Shown one piece after another: positions 1 to 8,379 of a stretch of 64,000 bases of DNA. The DNA lies in the NCBI GenBank assembly GCA_963695435.1, contig OY968788.1, positions 134,330 to 198,329 on the forward strand, given 5' to 3'. The position numbers and the translations under genes are program-made. How positions within the stretch are numbered: position 1 is the stretch's first letter; every line of letters begins with the position of its first letter. The stretch is from an uncultured bacterium (GTDB lineage: Bacteria > Patescibacteriota > Kazan-3B-28). The notes beneath the pieces were generated by a model. It ran no database searches. It saw only the letters and a list, made by a program, of their open reading frames with translations, and was not told the origin of the DNA.

Positions 1-901
1 TTGCGACCGCAATCACAATAGTTTTACCAGAACCAACATCACCTTCAAGCAGTCGGTTGGTCGGTTTGGTGTCAGCCAAATCCTGCACGATTTCCCACAA
101 TGCTTTTTTCTGTCCGAGAGTTAACTGGTACGGCAGTTTGGTCAAAACTGATTTGATAAATTCAATGTCTTGAGGGATTGGTTCGGCCGATGATGATTTC
201 AAAAATTGTTTTACGCTTTGGATTGCCAGTTGAGTAAGCAAAAGTTCGTCAAATGCCAAACGGTCTTTGGCGGATTGCAGATATTCCAATGAAGCGGGGA
301 AGTGAAGATGAAGTAACGCTTCGGGGAGAGAGGGGAGGTTATATTCTTTCTTAATAAAGTCGGGGAGGTAGTCTTCGATTTGGCGAATAATTGGGGCAAG
401 GTTAGCGCAAAGTCGGCGGAAGATTTTGGTGGTGAGTTTTCCGCTTTCGGGATATATAGGGACAATGCGAAGACTGTGAACGGGCATGTCGGTAGCTCGT
501 TCGATTTCGGGACTGACTAAAGTGAGTTTGCCCGCTCGGCTTTCGACTTTGCCCGTAAGCAAATATTCCTCTCCATTTTTGAGAGTAGTGCGGAGGTAGG
601 GTTGATTGAACCAAATTACAGGTAGTACACCACTAGCATCATGGGCGACTGCTTGGGTTAGCATTATTCGTTTGACGGGGGAGCGGAAGGTGTTGGTACC
701 GGTCAGAGTGGCTCTGACAGTTCGCCTTTGACCGTCCGCGATGAGCTGGGCAATCGGGGTTAGTTGGGTCAGGTCTTCCCAAGCGCGGGGGAAGTAGTAA
801 ATCAGGTCCTCAACGGTCAAAATGCCCAAAACTGCCAACTGGGAGGTTAGGGCAGGACCTATTCGGGGGAGAGAGTCGAGACGGCTTGAGGGAGTAATCA
901 T
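1..901 (-). CDS. recG: ATP-dependent DNA helicase RecG, N-terminal part (gene continues beyond left edge)
   Basis: Reverse-strand translation from ATG at 899-901 gives MITPSSRLDSLPRIGPALTSQLAVLGI... and reaches the helicase Walker A LLEGDVGSGKTIVIAVA at 1-60; typical RecG wedge/N-terminal region. Absent from the ORF track because truncated at the window edge. Confidence 0.85.
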   Translation of the reverse strand, partial: MITPSSRLDSLPRIGPALTSQLAVLGILTVEDLIYYFPRAWEDLTQLTPIAQLIADGQRRTVRATLTGTNTFRSPVKRIMLTQAVAHDASGVLPVIWFNQPYLRTTLKNGEEYLLTGKVESRAGKLTLVSPEIERATDMPVHSLRIVPIYPESGKLTTKIFRRLCANLAPIIRQIEDYLPDFIKKEYNLPSLPEALLHLHFPASLEYLQSAKDRLAFDELLLTQLAIQSVKQFLKSSSAEPIPQDIEFIKSVLTKLPYQLTLGQKKALWEIVQDLADTKPTNRLLEGDVGSGKTIVIAVA

Positions 902-910
902 AGTTTTTCT

Positions 911-945
911 TTCCGTCATTCCCGCGAAGGCGGGAATCTATTTTT
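911..945. repeat. short palindromic element gtcattcccgcgaaggcgggaatctattttt (family D)
   Basis: Hairpin cccgc-gaag-gcggg. A near-identical copy tgtcattccagcgaaggctggaatctattttt lies at 5422-5452. Confidence 0.6.
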
Positions 946-1334
946 CCTGGATCCTCTGGTCAAGCCAGAGGATGACAGACGGGGGCTATAGGAGGAAATG
1001 TGGCCGGGTTGCCCCCGAAAAGCGCCTTTGGCGCCTCGGGGCTGTATCCCAAGAAATACAGTCTGGGAGCGAGAAAACCCTTGACTGGAAGCCGATTTTA
1101 GAGTATACTTAAGTGAAATGAGCTTGGGGGGTGGCATATTTCTAAATATCCACCTGTCTTATGAAAGTGTACCAAAAGATAATCGACTTTACGGGGATGG
1201 AGTTCAATCGGGAGAACCACCCAAGTTCCAGACTGCGTGAGCGGTCGGCTGATTATAAATCAAGAAAAGCATCAGGTAACAACAATGTTGCCCGCAATGT
1301 TCGAAGCATTTTCCAGAGCTTTTTAGGTTTCTAA

Positions 1335-1428
1335 AAAGGATGTCATTCTGAACGAAGTGAAGAATCTATAAGATTCTTCCTTTTGTTTTAGATCCTTCGC
1401 CCCGATAAATCGGGACTCGAGGATGACA
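1335..1428 (+). repeat. ~95-bp MITE/REP-like element, family E copy 1
   Basis: gtcattctgaacg...gaagaatctat...ttttagatccttcgccccgataaatcgggactcgaggatgaca. Matches the reverse complement of 2669-2750 and partially 34163-34256. Imperfect terminal inverted repeats gtcatyc/gratgac. Confidence 0.7.
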
Positions 1429-1431
1429 TTG

Positions 1432-2622
1432 CTATGTCAGTTTTAGGAAATTCCGTTTGCCGACTTGGAGGACCAAGTCGGTTTTTGGTTTCACGACAAA
1501 GCCGATATCAGTAATGGTGATGTCGCCTAGTTTTACCCCGCCCTGATGAATCAGTCGGCGAGCTTCAGAATTGGAACCTGCCAGTTTGTTTTTGACCAGC
1601 AAGTCTAAAATCGACATTGGTTTGGCAAGTTTTATTGTTTTGATGTCGCTTGGTGCGGAGTGTTTCTGGAAGACGGAGACGAAATCATTTTGAGCTTTAT
1701 CAGCTTCTTTTTTGCCGTGATACATCGAAACAATGGTGTGAGCCAACCGCATTTTCAAATCACGAGGGTTATTCTTTTTGTTCGCCAGTTCCTTTTTGAT
1801 TTTGGCGAGTTCCGCCGTGCTGACATTGGTTGCCAAATCAAAGTAGGTGTAAATGATGCTATCTGGAATAGACATCACTTTTCCGTACTGGCTTTTGGCA
1901 TCTTCGGTAATGCCGATGTAGTTATTCAAAGACTGACTCATTTTTTGGACGCCGTCAGTACCGACAAGGAGCGGAACAGCGATGATAGCTTGCGGAATTT
2001 GTCCAAAATCTTTCTGCAAATCTCTTCCTCGCATTTCATTGAAAAGCTGGTCGGTGCCAATTACGGTGGCATCATCTTTCAACATCACCGAATCGTATCC
2101 TTGCAAGATAGGATAGACCAATTCGTGGAAGCCAATCTCTTCGCCTTTTTTGATTCTCTTTTGGAACATATCTCGTTCAATCATTTGGGAGTGGGTGAAG
2201 TGCGACATTATTTTCAGCAAATCTTCGGCGGACATTTTATCGTGCCATTCGCTGTTGTAACGGATTTCAGTCTTTTTCGGATTTAATATGACCATTACTT
2301 GTTTCAGGTAATTGTTCGCTGACTTCAGTACTTCTGCTTTGGTGCGGAGTTTGCGGGATTGGTCGCGGTCAGTTGGGTCGCCAAAACGGCCGGTGAATCC
2401 GCCGATTAAAAATTGAACAGTGTGGCCGAGGTCCTGAAACTCGCGGAGCTTGTGATAGACCACGCCGTAGCCGATATGCAAATCGGGAGTGGTTGGGTCC
2501 ACGCCGTGTTTGATTTTCAGTTTTTTACCTGAAAGAAGTTTTGCGCGAAGCTCTTTTTCGCCAATCATTTTTTCAACTCGGCGAGAGAGCAGGGAATCGA
2601 TTACTTTTTTGTCTATTGCCAT
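1432..2622 (-). CDS. tyrS: tyrosyl-tRNA synthetase
   Basis: GVDPTTPDLHIGYGV (HIGH-like), GGFTGRFGDPT, KMSQS (KMSKS-like), C-terminal S4-like domain. Confidence 0.9.
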   Translation of the reverse strand: MAIDKKVIDSLLSRRVEKMIGEKELRAKLLSGKKLKIKHGVDPTTPDLHIGYGVVYHKLREFQDLGHTVQFLIGGFTGRFGDPTDRDQSRKLRTKAEVLKSANNYLKQVMVILNPKKTEIRYNSEWHDKMSAEDLLKIMSHFTHSQMIERDMFQKRIKKGEEIGFHELVYPILQGYDSVMLKDDATVIGTDQLFNEMRGRDLQKDFGQIPQAIIAVPLLVGTDGVQKMSQSLNNYIGITEDAKSQYGKVMSIPDSIIYTYFDLATNVSTAELAKIKKELANKKNNPRDLKMRLAHTIVSMYHGKKEADKAQNDFVSVFQKHSAPSDIKTIKLAKPMSILDLLVKNKLAGSNSEARRLIHQGGVKLGDITITDIGFVVKPKTDLVLQVGKRNFLKLT

Positions 2623-2668
2623 AAAGATATTGTATCACCCCAAGATTAGAGAATAGAGAGTAGAGAGT

Positions 2669-2750
2669 GGTGTCATCCTCGAGGTCGCCTAGGCGACCGA
2701 AGGATCTAAAATATCTTTCATAGATTCTTCCTAGCGTCAGAATGACAAAG
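2669..2750 (-). repeat. family E element copy 2, inverted relative to copy 1
   Basis: The reverse complement reads ctttgtcattctgacgctaggaagaatctatgaaagatattttagatccttcggtcgcctaggcgacctcgaggatgaca, which aligns with 1335-1428. Confidence 0.7.
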
Positions 2751-2832
2751 TAAGGGGGCGGGAATGACAAAAAATGAGGTCGGGAGACAGGGCGGGTAAA
2801 TGGTATAATAGGGGTCGTATCAGGTTAGAAAT

Positions 2833-5388
2833 ATGAGTGAACTCATGCCGTTTGGTCCCAGACACGAGATAGATAAGATTCGCCGTCAAATGAAGGCGCG
2901 GTCTTTGGGTAGAAAAGCAAAGAAGAGGGTTTTCACTTTTCTGTCTCGGTATGGCATCAATACTCCGCCAAAGTTGTTTTTGGCGGGGTTTATCGCCGTT
3001 CTTTTTGTATTCAGTTTCACGATGGCGGTGGTTTCAGTTGGACTTCCGAACCCTGCTAGATTGGTAATTTATGCGGCGACTGATTCGACTAAAGTATTCG
3101 ATCGTGACGGTGCCGTACTTTATGACATCTCAAACGGGAAAAACCGCACAACGATTCCTTTTGAGCAAATGCCTGAAGATTTGAAGAATGCAACTATCGC
3201 TATTGAGGATAAAGATTTTTATCATCACAACGGTTTTGATATCAAAGGATTTTTGCGCGGGACAATTTTGAAACCACTTGCGGGGCAAGGTTTTCAGGGT
3301 GGCTCAACAATTACCCAGCAGTTTGTGAAAAATGCGTTGTTAAGTTCGGAGAGAAGTGTCTTACGCAAAGCGCGAGAATTGATTTTGGCATTTGAGTTGG
3401 AAGCGGTTTATTCCAAAGATAAGATTTTGGAATTGTATTTGAATGAGATTCCATACGGCAGCGGGGCATACGGGGCGCAACAGGCGGCTAAAATGTATTT
3501 TGGGAAAGATGCCAAGGATATTAATTTAGCAGAAGCAGCGGTGTTGGCGGCGTTGCCGCAAGCACCGGGGAGATATTCCCCTTACGGACAAAATCCGGAT
3601 TTGCTGATGTTGCGTAAAGATTTGGTTTTGGCGCAGATGGAAAAGCAGGGCTACATCACCAAGGCGGAGGAGGTGGATGCCAAAAAGACGGAAATAAAGT
3701 TTCAACCTCGGAGGGATTCGATTCGCGCTCCTCATTTTGTAATGTATGTAAAAGAATTGTTGGCGGCGAAGTATGGCGAAAAGGTGTTGGAAGAGGGTGG
3801 ACTGCAAATCACCACTACATTAGATATTGATAAACAAAAGGCGGCGGAAGATACAATCGCTAATTTAGCGGAATCCAACAAAACGAAATACAACGCAGGC
3901 AACGCGGCGTTAGTTTCAATCGATCCAAATACGGGAGAGATTTTGGCGATGGTGGGGAGTAAAGATTATTTTGATATGGAGGCGGAAGGAAATGTAAATG
4001 TGGCAATTCGTGAACGGCAACCTGGTTCGTCTATCAAACCGCTTGTTTATGCCACTGCGTTCAAAAAAGATTATGCTCCTGCAACAATGCTGGTGGATGT
4101 GTCCACTGATTTTGGTCAGGGGTATCGGCCACGCAACTATGACGGAGGTTTTCGCGGACCGATTTCTGCTCGGGAGGCGTTGGGCAACTCTATCAACGTT
4201 CCTGCGGTAAAGACATTGGCGTATGCGGGGGTGCAGGACACGATTGATACTGCGCATGATATGGGAATCACTACGCTAAACGGCGGAGCAGACAGATACG
4301 GACTTTCGCTCACATTGGGAGGCGGAGAAGTTACTTTGTTTGATTTGACTCGCGCGTATGGTGTGTTTGCGACGGGCGGAAATCTGACACCGACAATGGC
4401 AGTTTTGAAAGTGACGGACAAATTTGGTCATGTGTTGGAAGAAAACGAACCTGAAAAATCTAAGCAAGTTTTGGATCCGCAGGTGGCGTATTTAATAAAT
4501 AGTATTTTGTCGGATGACAGTGCGCGCGCTCGAGTATTTGGAATGGGCGGGCTACTGACGTTGCCTGGCAGAACAGTTGCGGCGAAGACGGGTACAACAA
4601 ACGATTACAAAGATGGTTGGACAATAGGCTACACTCCTGATTTGGTGACAGGAGTTTGGGCGGGGAATAATCACAACGAAGAAATGACTGCCTCATCAGC
4701 AATGGTGGCGGCGCCAATGTGGAATAGATATATGAAGTTGGCACTGGCTGGTGTACCAAATAAATCTTTCAGCAGACCTGATGGAATTTCGGATGTGATG
4801 GTGGATGCCTTGTCGGGCAAGTTGCCGGTTGAAGGTGTGACGCCAACAACAAAGTCAGAAGTGTTTGCGAGCTGGAGCGTACCGAAAGAAATGGACAATG
4901 TGCATGTGGTGAAAAAAGTAATGAAGAGCGACACCAGCAAATTAGCACCAGCAAATGCACCTGCGGAATTAACTGAAGATAAAGTATTTACTGTAATTCA
5001 TTCGGAACGGCCGAGTAGTTCAAATTGGGAAGGTCCAGTTCTGGCATGGGCGGCGGCAAATGGATATAACAATGTCCCAACGGAAACTTATTCTGGTTCG
5101 ATGGATGGGAGTGCGACGGCGGAAATTACTTTGACGAATCCGATAGAGGGGGCAACGGTTACGGGAGATTTGTTAGTTTCAGCGAGTGTTAGAGCGGGGG
5201 TAGGTGTGAAGAGAGTTGAGTTTTATTATGATAATTCGCTGAAAGGACAGGTGACAGGAGCGCCGTATCAATTTACGATTAAAGCTCCCAAGCAAGACGG
5301 GAAGACACATACCGTTAGGGTTAGATTGCTCAAGGCTGATAATAGTACTGCAGAGGATAGTGTAAGTATTGTTGCTGGTGGAGGATAA
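2833..5388 (+). CDS. class A penicillin-binding protein (transglycosylase + transpeptidase) with a C-terminal Ig-like extension
   Basis: GT51 motifs EDKDFYHHNGFD and GGSTITQQFVKN; transpeptidase SSIKP (SxxK) and KTGTTND (KTG). Confidence 0.9.
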   Translation: MSELMPFGPRHEIDKIRRQMKARSLGRKAKKRVFTFLSRYGINTPPKLFLAGFIAVLFVFSFTMAVVSVGLPNPARLVIYAATDSTKVFDRDGAVLYDISNGKNRTTIPFEQMPEDLKNATIAIEDKDFYHHNGFDIKGFLRGTILKPLAGQGFQGGSTITQQFVKNALLSSERSVLRKARELILAFELEAVYSKDKILELYLNEIPYGSGAYGAQQAAKMYFGKDAKDINLAEAAVLAALPQAPGRYSPYGQNPDLLMLRKDLVLAQMEKQGYITKAEEVDAKKTEIKFQPRRDSIRAPHFVMYVKELLAAKYGEKVLEEGGLQITTTLDIDKQKAAEDTIANLAESNKTKYNAGNAALVSIDPNTGEILAMVGSKDYFDMEAEGNVNVAIRERQPGSSIKPLVYATAFKKDYAPATMLVDVSTDFGQGYRPRNYDGGFRGPISAREALGNSINVPAVKTLAYAGVQDTIDTAHDMGITTLNGGADRYGLSLTLGGGEVTLFDLTRAYGVFATGGNLTPTMAVLKVTDKFGHVLEENEPEKSKQVLDPQVAYLINSILSDDSARARVFGMGGLLTLPGRTVAAKTGTTNDYKDGWTIGYTPDLVTGVWAGNNHNEEMTASSAMVAAPMWNRYMKLALAGVPNKSFSRPDGISDVMVDALSGKLPVEGVTPTTKSEVFASWSVPKEMDNVHVVKKVMKSDTSKLAPANAPAELTEDKVFTVIHSERPSSSNWEGPVLAWAAANGYNNVPTETYSGSMDGSATAEITLTNPIEGATVTGDLLVSASVRAGVGVKRVEFYYDNSLKGQVTGAPYQFTIKAPKQDGKTHTVRVRLLKADNSTAEDSVSIVAGGG

Positions 5389-5419
5389 CGCCGTTTTTTG
5401 TTTTTTATTCTTTTTCTTT

Positions 5420-5535
5420 TTTGTCATTCCAGCGAAGGCTGGAATCTATTTTTATTTAATTGTTTTGAAGCGCCGAATCGCGCTTCAGCGATTGTTACTT
5501 TCCGCTTGAGGAAAGTAACCAAAGTCGCTCGCCAG
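5420..5535. repeat. composite dispersed repeat: family D hairpin followed by family A (two hairpins gaagcgccgaatcgcgcttc and gttactttccgcttgaggaaagtaac)
   Basis: A near-identical ~85-bp copy lies at 43975-44057. Partial copies at 6863-6900 and 36598-36625. Confidence 0.8.
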
Positions 5536-5712
5536 TCGCTTTCACTCTGAATCTCCCAAAATCCTCTCCATCTGCTTATCACCAAACTCGCTACGCTCAG
5601 ACATGGGCACGCTGATTGGAGGGATTTTGGGGATTCAGTACGCTCAAGCTCCAATGGCGGAAATAAAAGAGGATTGATACACTAATGGTGTAATAATTAT
5701 ATTATTGACAAT

Positions 5713-5730
5713 ATAACAATTTTGTTATAC
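5713..5730. promoter_or_regulatory. perfect inverted repeat tataacaa-ttt-ttgttata overlapping a ttgaca/tatact promoter-like region; probable TA operator
   Basis: Seen directly upstream of the HigB-like gene start at 5732. Confidence 0.4.
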
Positions 5731-5731
5731 T

Positions 5732-6034
5732 ATGAAAATAGAGCTGAAAGTTTTAGAATATGTTGCAGATTTTTTGGATGACTTACCAGTGGAGTTATAC
5801 GCTAGATGTGTAAAGAAGTTGAAGCTTTTTGAAGAATTTGGCTTTTTATTGTCAAAGACTGATCTAAAGAAGATCAATAAAAATATTTGGGAGTTGCGTC
5901 CGGGGGACATCAGAATTCTAATAGGTAAAGCGAAGGGCTGTATGTGGGCATTACACGCATTTCCCAAGACAAGTCAGAAAACGCCTATAAAAGAGATTAA
6001 GTTGGCAGACAAACGTTTAAGAGAATTAAGATGA
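5732..6034 (+). CDS. HigB/RelE-family (Gp49-like) type II toxin
   Basis: IWELRPGDIRILIG...HAFPKTSQKTP matches the Gp49/HigB pattern. Stop overlaps the next start (ATGA). Confidence 0.7.
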   Translation: MKIELKVLEYVADFLDDLPVELYARCVKKLKLFEEFGFLLSKTDLKKINKNIWELRPGDIRILIGKAKGCMWALHAFPKTSQKTPIKEIKLADKRLRELR

Positions 6035-6330
6035 GCAAGAAAAAATTCTACACAGTTAGTGAGATAGAAAAGAGAGCGATGAAGAGTCCGAGTTTTCGTC
6101 GGGCTTACGAAGCATTAGAGCCCGAGTATCAAATTGCTAGGGCGGTAATACAGGCGCGTCACAAAAAGGGGATGACGCAAGGAGAATTGGCTCGAAAGGC
6201 GGGAACTAAGCAACCTGTTATTGCGCGTTTGGAGAGCATGAAGAGCCCTGCTTCTTCCAAGAGTATGGGGCGAATTGCTCATGCACTTGATCTTCGCTGG
6301 GAACTAAAGTTAGTGCCGAAGACCAGATAA
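6031..6330 (+). CDS. HigA-like XRE-family HTH antitoxin
   Basis: GMTQGELARKAGTKQPVIARLE is a Cro/C1 HTH. 4-bp overlap with the upstream toxin gene. Confidence 0.7.
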   Translation: MSKKKFYTVSEIEKRAMKSPSFRRAYEALEPEYQIARAVIQARHKKGMTQGELARKAGTKQPVIARLESMKSPASSKSMGRIAHALDLRWELKLVPKTR

Positions 6331-6339
6331 CGGTTCTCT

Positions 6340-6415
6340 TTAGGTCACTAGGTCACTAATGGACTTATGGTCTGTCTATTTGTCTATGAGTCTATTGTCT
6401 ATTATTCTACCCTTG
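6340..6415 (+). repeat. family C repeat with reiterated gtctat/tggtct sub-motifs
   Basis: taggtcactaggtcactaatggacttatggtctgtctatttgtctatgagtctattgtctatt. The reverse complement of 22395-22470 is closely similar. Confidence 0.6.
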
Positions 6416-6512
6416 CTATATCTTATCCAAGCTGTTAGAGTGGGCACACACAATCCTGCTGTCCAGCAGGATTAGTGGATAAATATAATAGACTAATTCA
6501 AGGAGAAATATC

Positions 6513-6716
6513 ATGAATGATGATATGAATACCCCATTGGATCCAATGGCTGATCAGATGAAGTCTGAAGATGCCGATGCAGTAACTCCAGCAACTCCAG
6601 TCAGCGATGATGCTGAAATGGATGCTGAAGTGGTCGCCGAAGATGGCGAAGCCGAGGCTCCAGTAGCTCCAGTAGTGGAGGATAAGGAAGTCTCAGATGA
6701 GGAAGCTGCCGCGTAG
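6513..6716 (+). CDS. small highly acidic hypothetical protein (67 aa)
   Basis: ORF with D/E-rich composition followed by a clean intrinsic terminator. No recognisable domain. Confidence 0.4.
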   Translation: MNDDMNTPLDPMADQMKSEDADAVTPATPVSDDAEMDAEVVAEDGEAEAPVAPVVEDKEVSDEEAAA

Positions 6717-6726
6717 GTTTTAGGTA

Positions 6727-6765
6727 GTTTTAGGGAAAAACCGAGGTGGGAGCCTCGGTTTTTTG
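6727..6765 (+). terminator. rho-independent terminator
   Basis: aaaaccgaggtgggagcctcggtttttt. Confidence 0.75.
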
Positions 6766-6862
6766 TATAGATTTTTTTGTTTTCTTGTCCTCGGGCTTGA
6801 CCCGGGGATCCAAACATTTTTTTATTTAGTTTTTCAAGGGTCTGCGCGACCCTTGTACCGCG

Positions 6863-6900
6863 GTTACTTTCCGCTTGAGGAAAGTAACCAAAGTCGCTTG
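6863..6900. repeat. family A partial copy (gttactttccgcttgaggaaagtaaccaaagtcgct)
   Basis: Identical core hairpin to those at 5497-5535 and 44021-44057. Confidence 0.75.
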
Positions 6901-7098
6901 CCCACGTCGTCGGAACTATCAATTGGCAAAAATCATCTTTCCGCTAATGGTCGAAACTCGGTCGTAGCCACTCCCTCAAACATCTCCCCGCGGCGATGAT
7001 TTTACTCAATTGATTACATTCCTCCTCCTATGGCAGGGGAAGTTGACTGAGGGGAGGATTACTGATATAAGGGATATTATAGTAAACTGAATTAGGAC

Positions 7099-7437
7099 AT
7101 GAATTACTTTAAAGTTCTTCGCGACAAACTGGCTCGGATGCTATCAGAGCTGGTTTCAACGCAGGATATGGTTCCTAGAGAGCTCGCTGATTTACACGAG
7201 TATTTTAGGCTATATGGTCCTCTAGAGTTTGACTACTACAAGAGTGAAGATGGCTGGGTGGCTGTTAGTAAAAACTTTCGATATGGGAGCATTGTTGCAA
7301 ATGGGCGTACTGATAAAGAGCTAGAAAAAAATATTCCTGATGCGATTATGACAATGTTTGATTTGCCGTCTTCGTATGCCAAGGAGGCAAAGCTACATAG
7401 AGTTGGGGATTACAAAAAGGGGTATGCCTTCGCTTAG
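7099..7437 (+). CDS. HicB-like antitoxin (UPF0150/RNase-H-fold type)
   Basis: YKSEDGWVAVSKNF...GRTDKELEKNIPDAIMTMFDL resembles the HicB N-terminal domain. Overlaps the downstream HicA-like gene. Confidence 0.5.
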   Translation: MNYFKVLRDKLARMLSELVSTQDMVPRELADLHEYFRLYGPLEFDYYKSEDGWVAVSKNFRYGSIVANGRTDKELEKNIPDAIMTMFDLPSSYAKEAKLHRVGDYKKGYAFA

Positions 7438-7675
7438 TGAACTGCCGAGTGATATAAAAAGACCTAAACTTATTAGGGCTCTTAGTAGGGTTGGTTTTGA
7501 CATAAGTACACGAGGTGGCAACGGGACACATTATAAGGCTACTTGGCCCGTCACCCAGAAAGCCTTTTCTATCCCTATTAGATTAGATAAACAAACGCTT
7601 TATTACCTGTTGAAAGAGATTCAGATAGTCACAGGCGGTCAGGTTGATTGGGATACCATAAAAAACAATTTGTGA
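7424..7675 (+). CDS. HicA-like toxin (YcfA family)
   Basis: LIRALSRVGFDISTRGGNGTHYKAT matches the HicA motif (G-F...GSHhhf). Internal Met start chosen at 7424. Confidence 0.55.
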   Translation: MPSLSELPSDIKRPKLIRALSRVGFDISTRGGNGTHYKATWPVTQKAFSIPIRLDKQTLYYLLKEIQIVTGGQVDWDTIKNNL

Positions 7676-7701
7676 TACGACTTTACTAGGCGAGTTTTGG
7701 G

Positions 7702-8379
7702 GTGGGGTATAATCTAGACATGAGCCAGCTCCCAGCAATACAAATTGTTTCTAAACAGCGAGTCTCTGATCACGGAGAGGTTTTTACATCCGAGAGGGAG
7801 GTAAACGCGATGCTTGATCTCGTAAAGCAGGAAACGGAGCGTATAGACTCACGTTTTCTTGAGCCGGCCTGCGGGACTGGTAACTTTTTAGTCGAGATTT
7901 TAAAAAGAAAGTTAGAAATAGTTAAAGGACGATATTCAAAGAACCAGATCGAATTCGAGCGTTATTCGGTCATCGCAATCTCGAGTATCTATGGAGTGGA
8001 CATCTTAGAGGACAATGTTATTGCATGTCGAGAGAGACTATATTCTGTTTTCGATGAGCACTATAACTCACTTTATACGGATAGGTGTAAAAAGGAATGC
8101 AAAGTAGCCGTCAGATTTATCTTGTCTCGAAATATATTATGGGGTGATGCCTTGACTTTTAAAGAGCCAAACGAAGAGGCTCGGCCAATTATTTTTTCTG
8201 AATGGAGCGCGGTAAACGGCAATCTGATCAAGAGGCGGGATTATACATTGGCTAATCTTCTTGAGAATCGGTCTCCCGAGGAAGGGACTTTGTTCTCTGA
8301 TATGGGGGACCGAGCTTTTGTTCCTAGACCAATTGCAGATTTCCCTTTGACACACTTTTTAGGCCTTGGAGTAGAATGA
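7702..8379 (+). CDS. Eco57I-type N6-adenine DNA methyltransferase N-terminal module (motifs X and I only; truncated paralogue of the next gene)
   Basis: GEVFTSEREVNAMLDL and FLEPACGTGNFLVEIL (motif I), YGVDILE. No NPPY. 4-bp overlap (ATGA) with the next ORF. Confidence 0.6.
   Translation: MGYNLDMSQLPAIQIVSKQRVSDHGEVFTSEREVNAMLDLVKQETERIDSRFLEPACGTGNFLVEILKRKLEIVKGRYSKNQIEFERYSVIAISSIYGVDILEDNVIACRERLYSVFDEHYNSLYTDRCKKECKVAVRFILSRNILWGDALTFKEPNEEARPIIFSEWSAVNGNLIKRRDYTLANLLENRSPEEGTLFSDMGDRAFVPRPIADFPLTHFLGLGVE

Noticed and set aside
1660-2286. 208-aa ORF on + strand inside tyrS
   Set aside because: Antisense to a well-supported tyrS reading frame. Low-complexity translation. No motifs.
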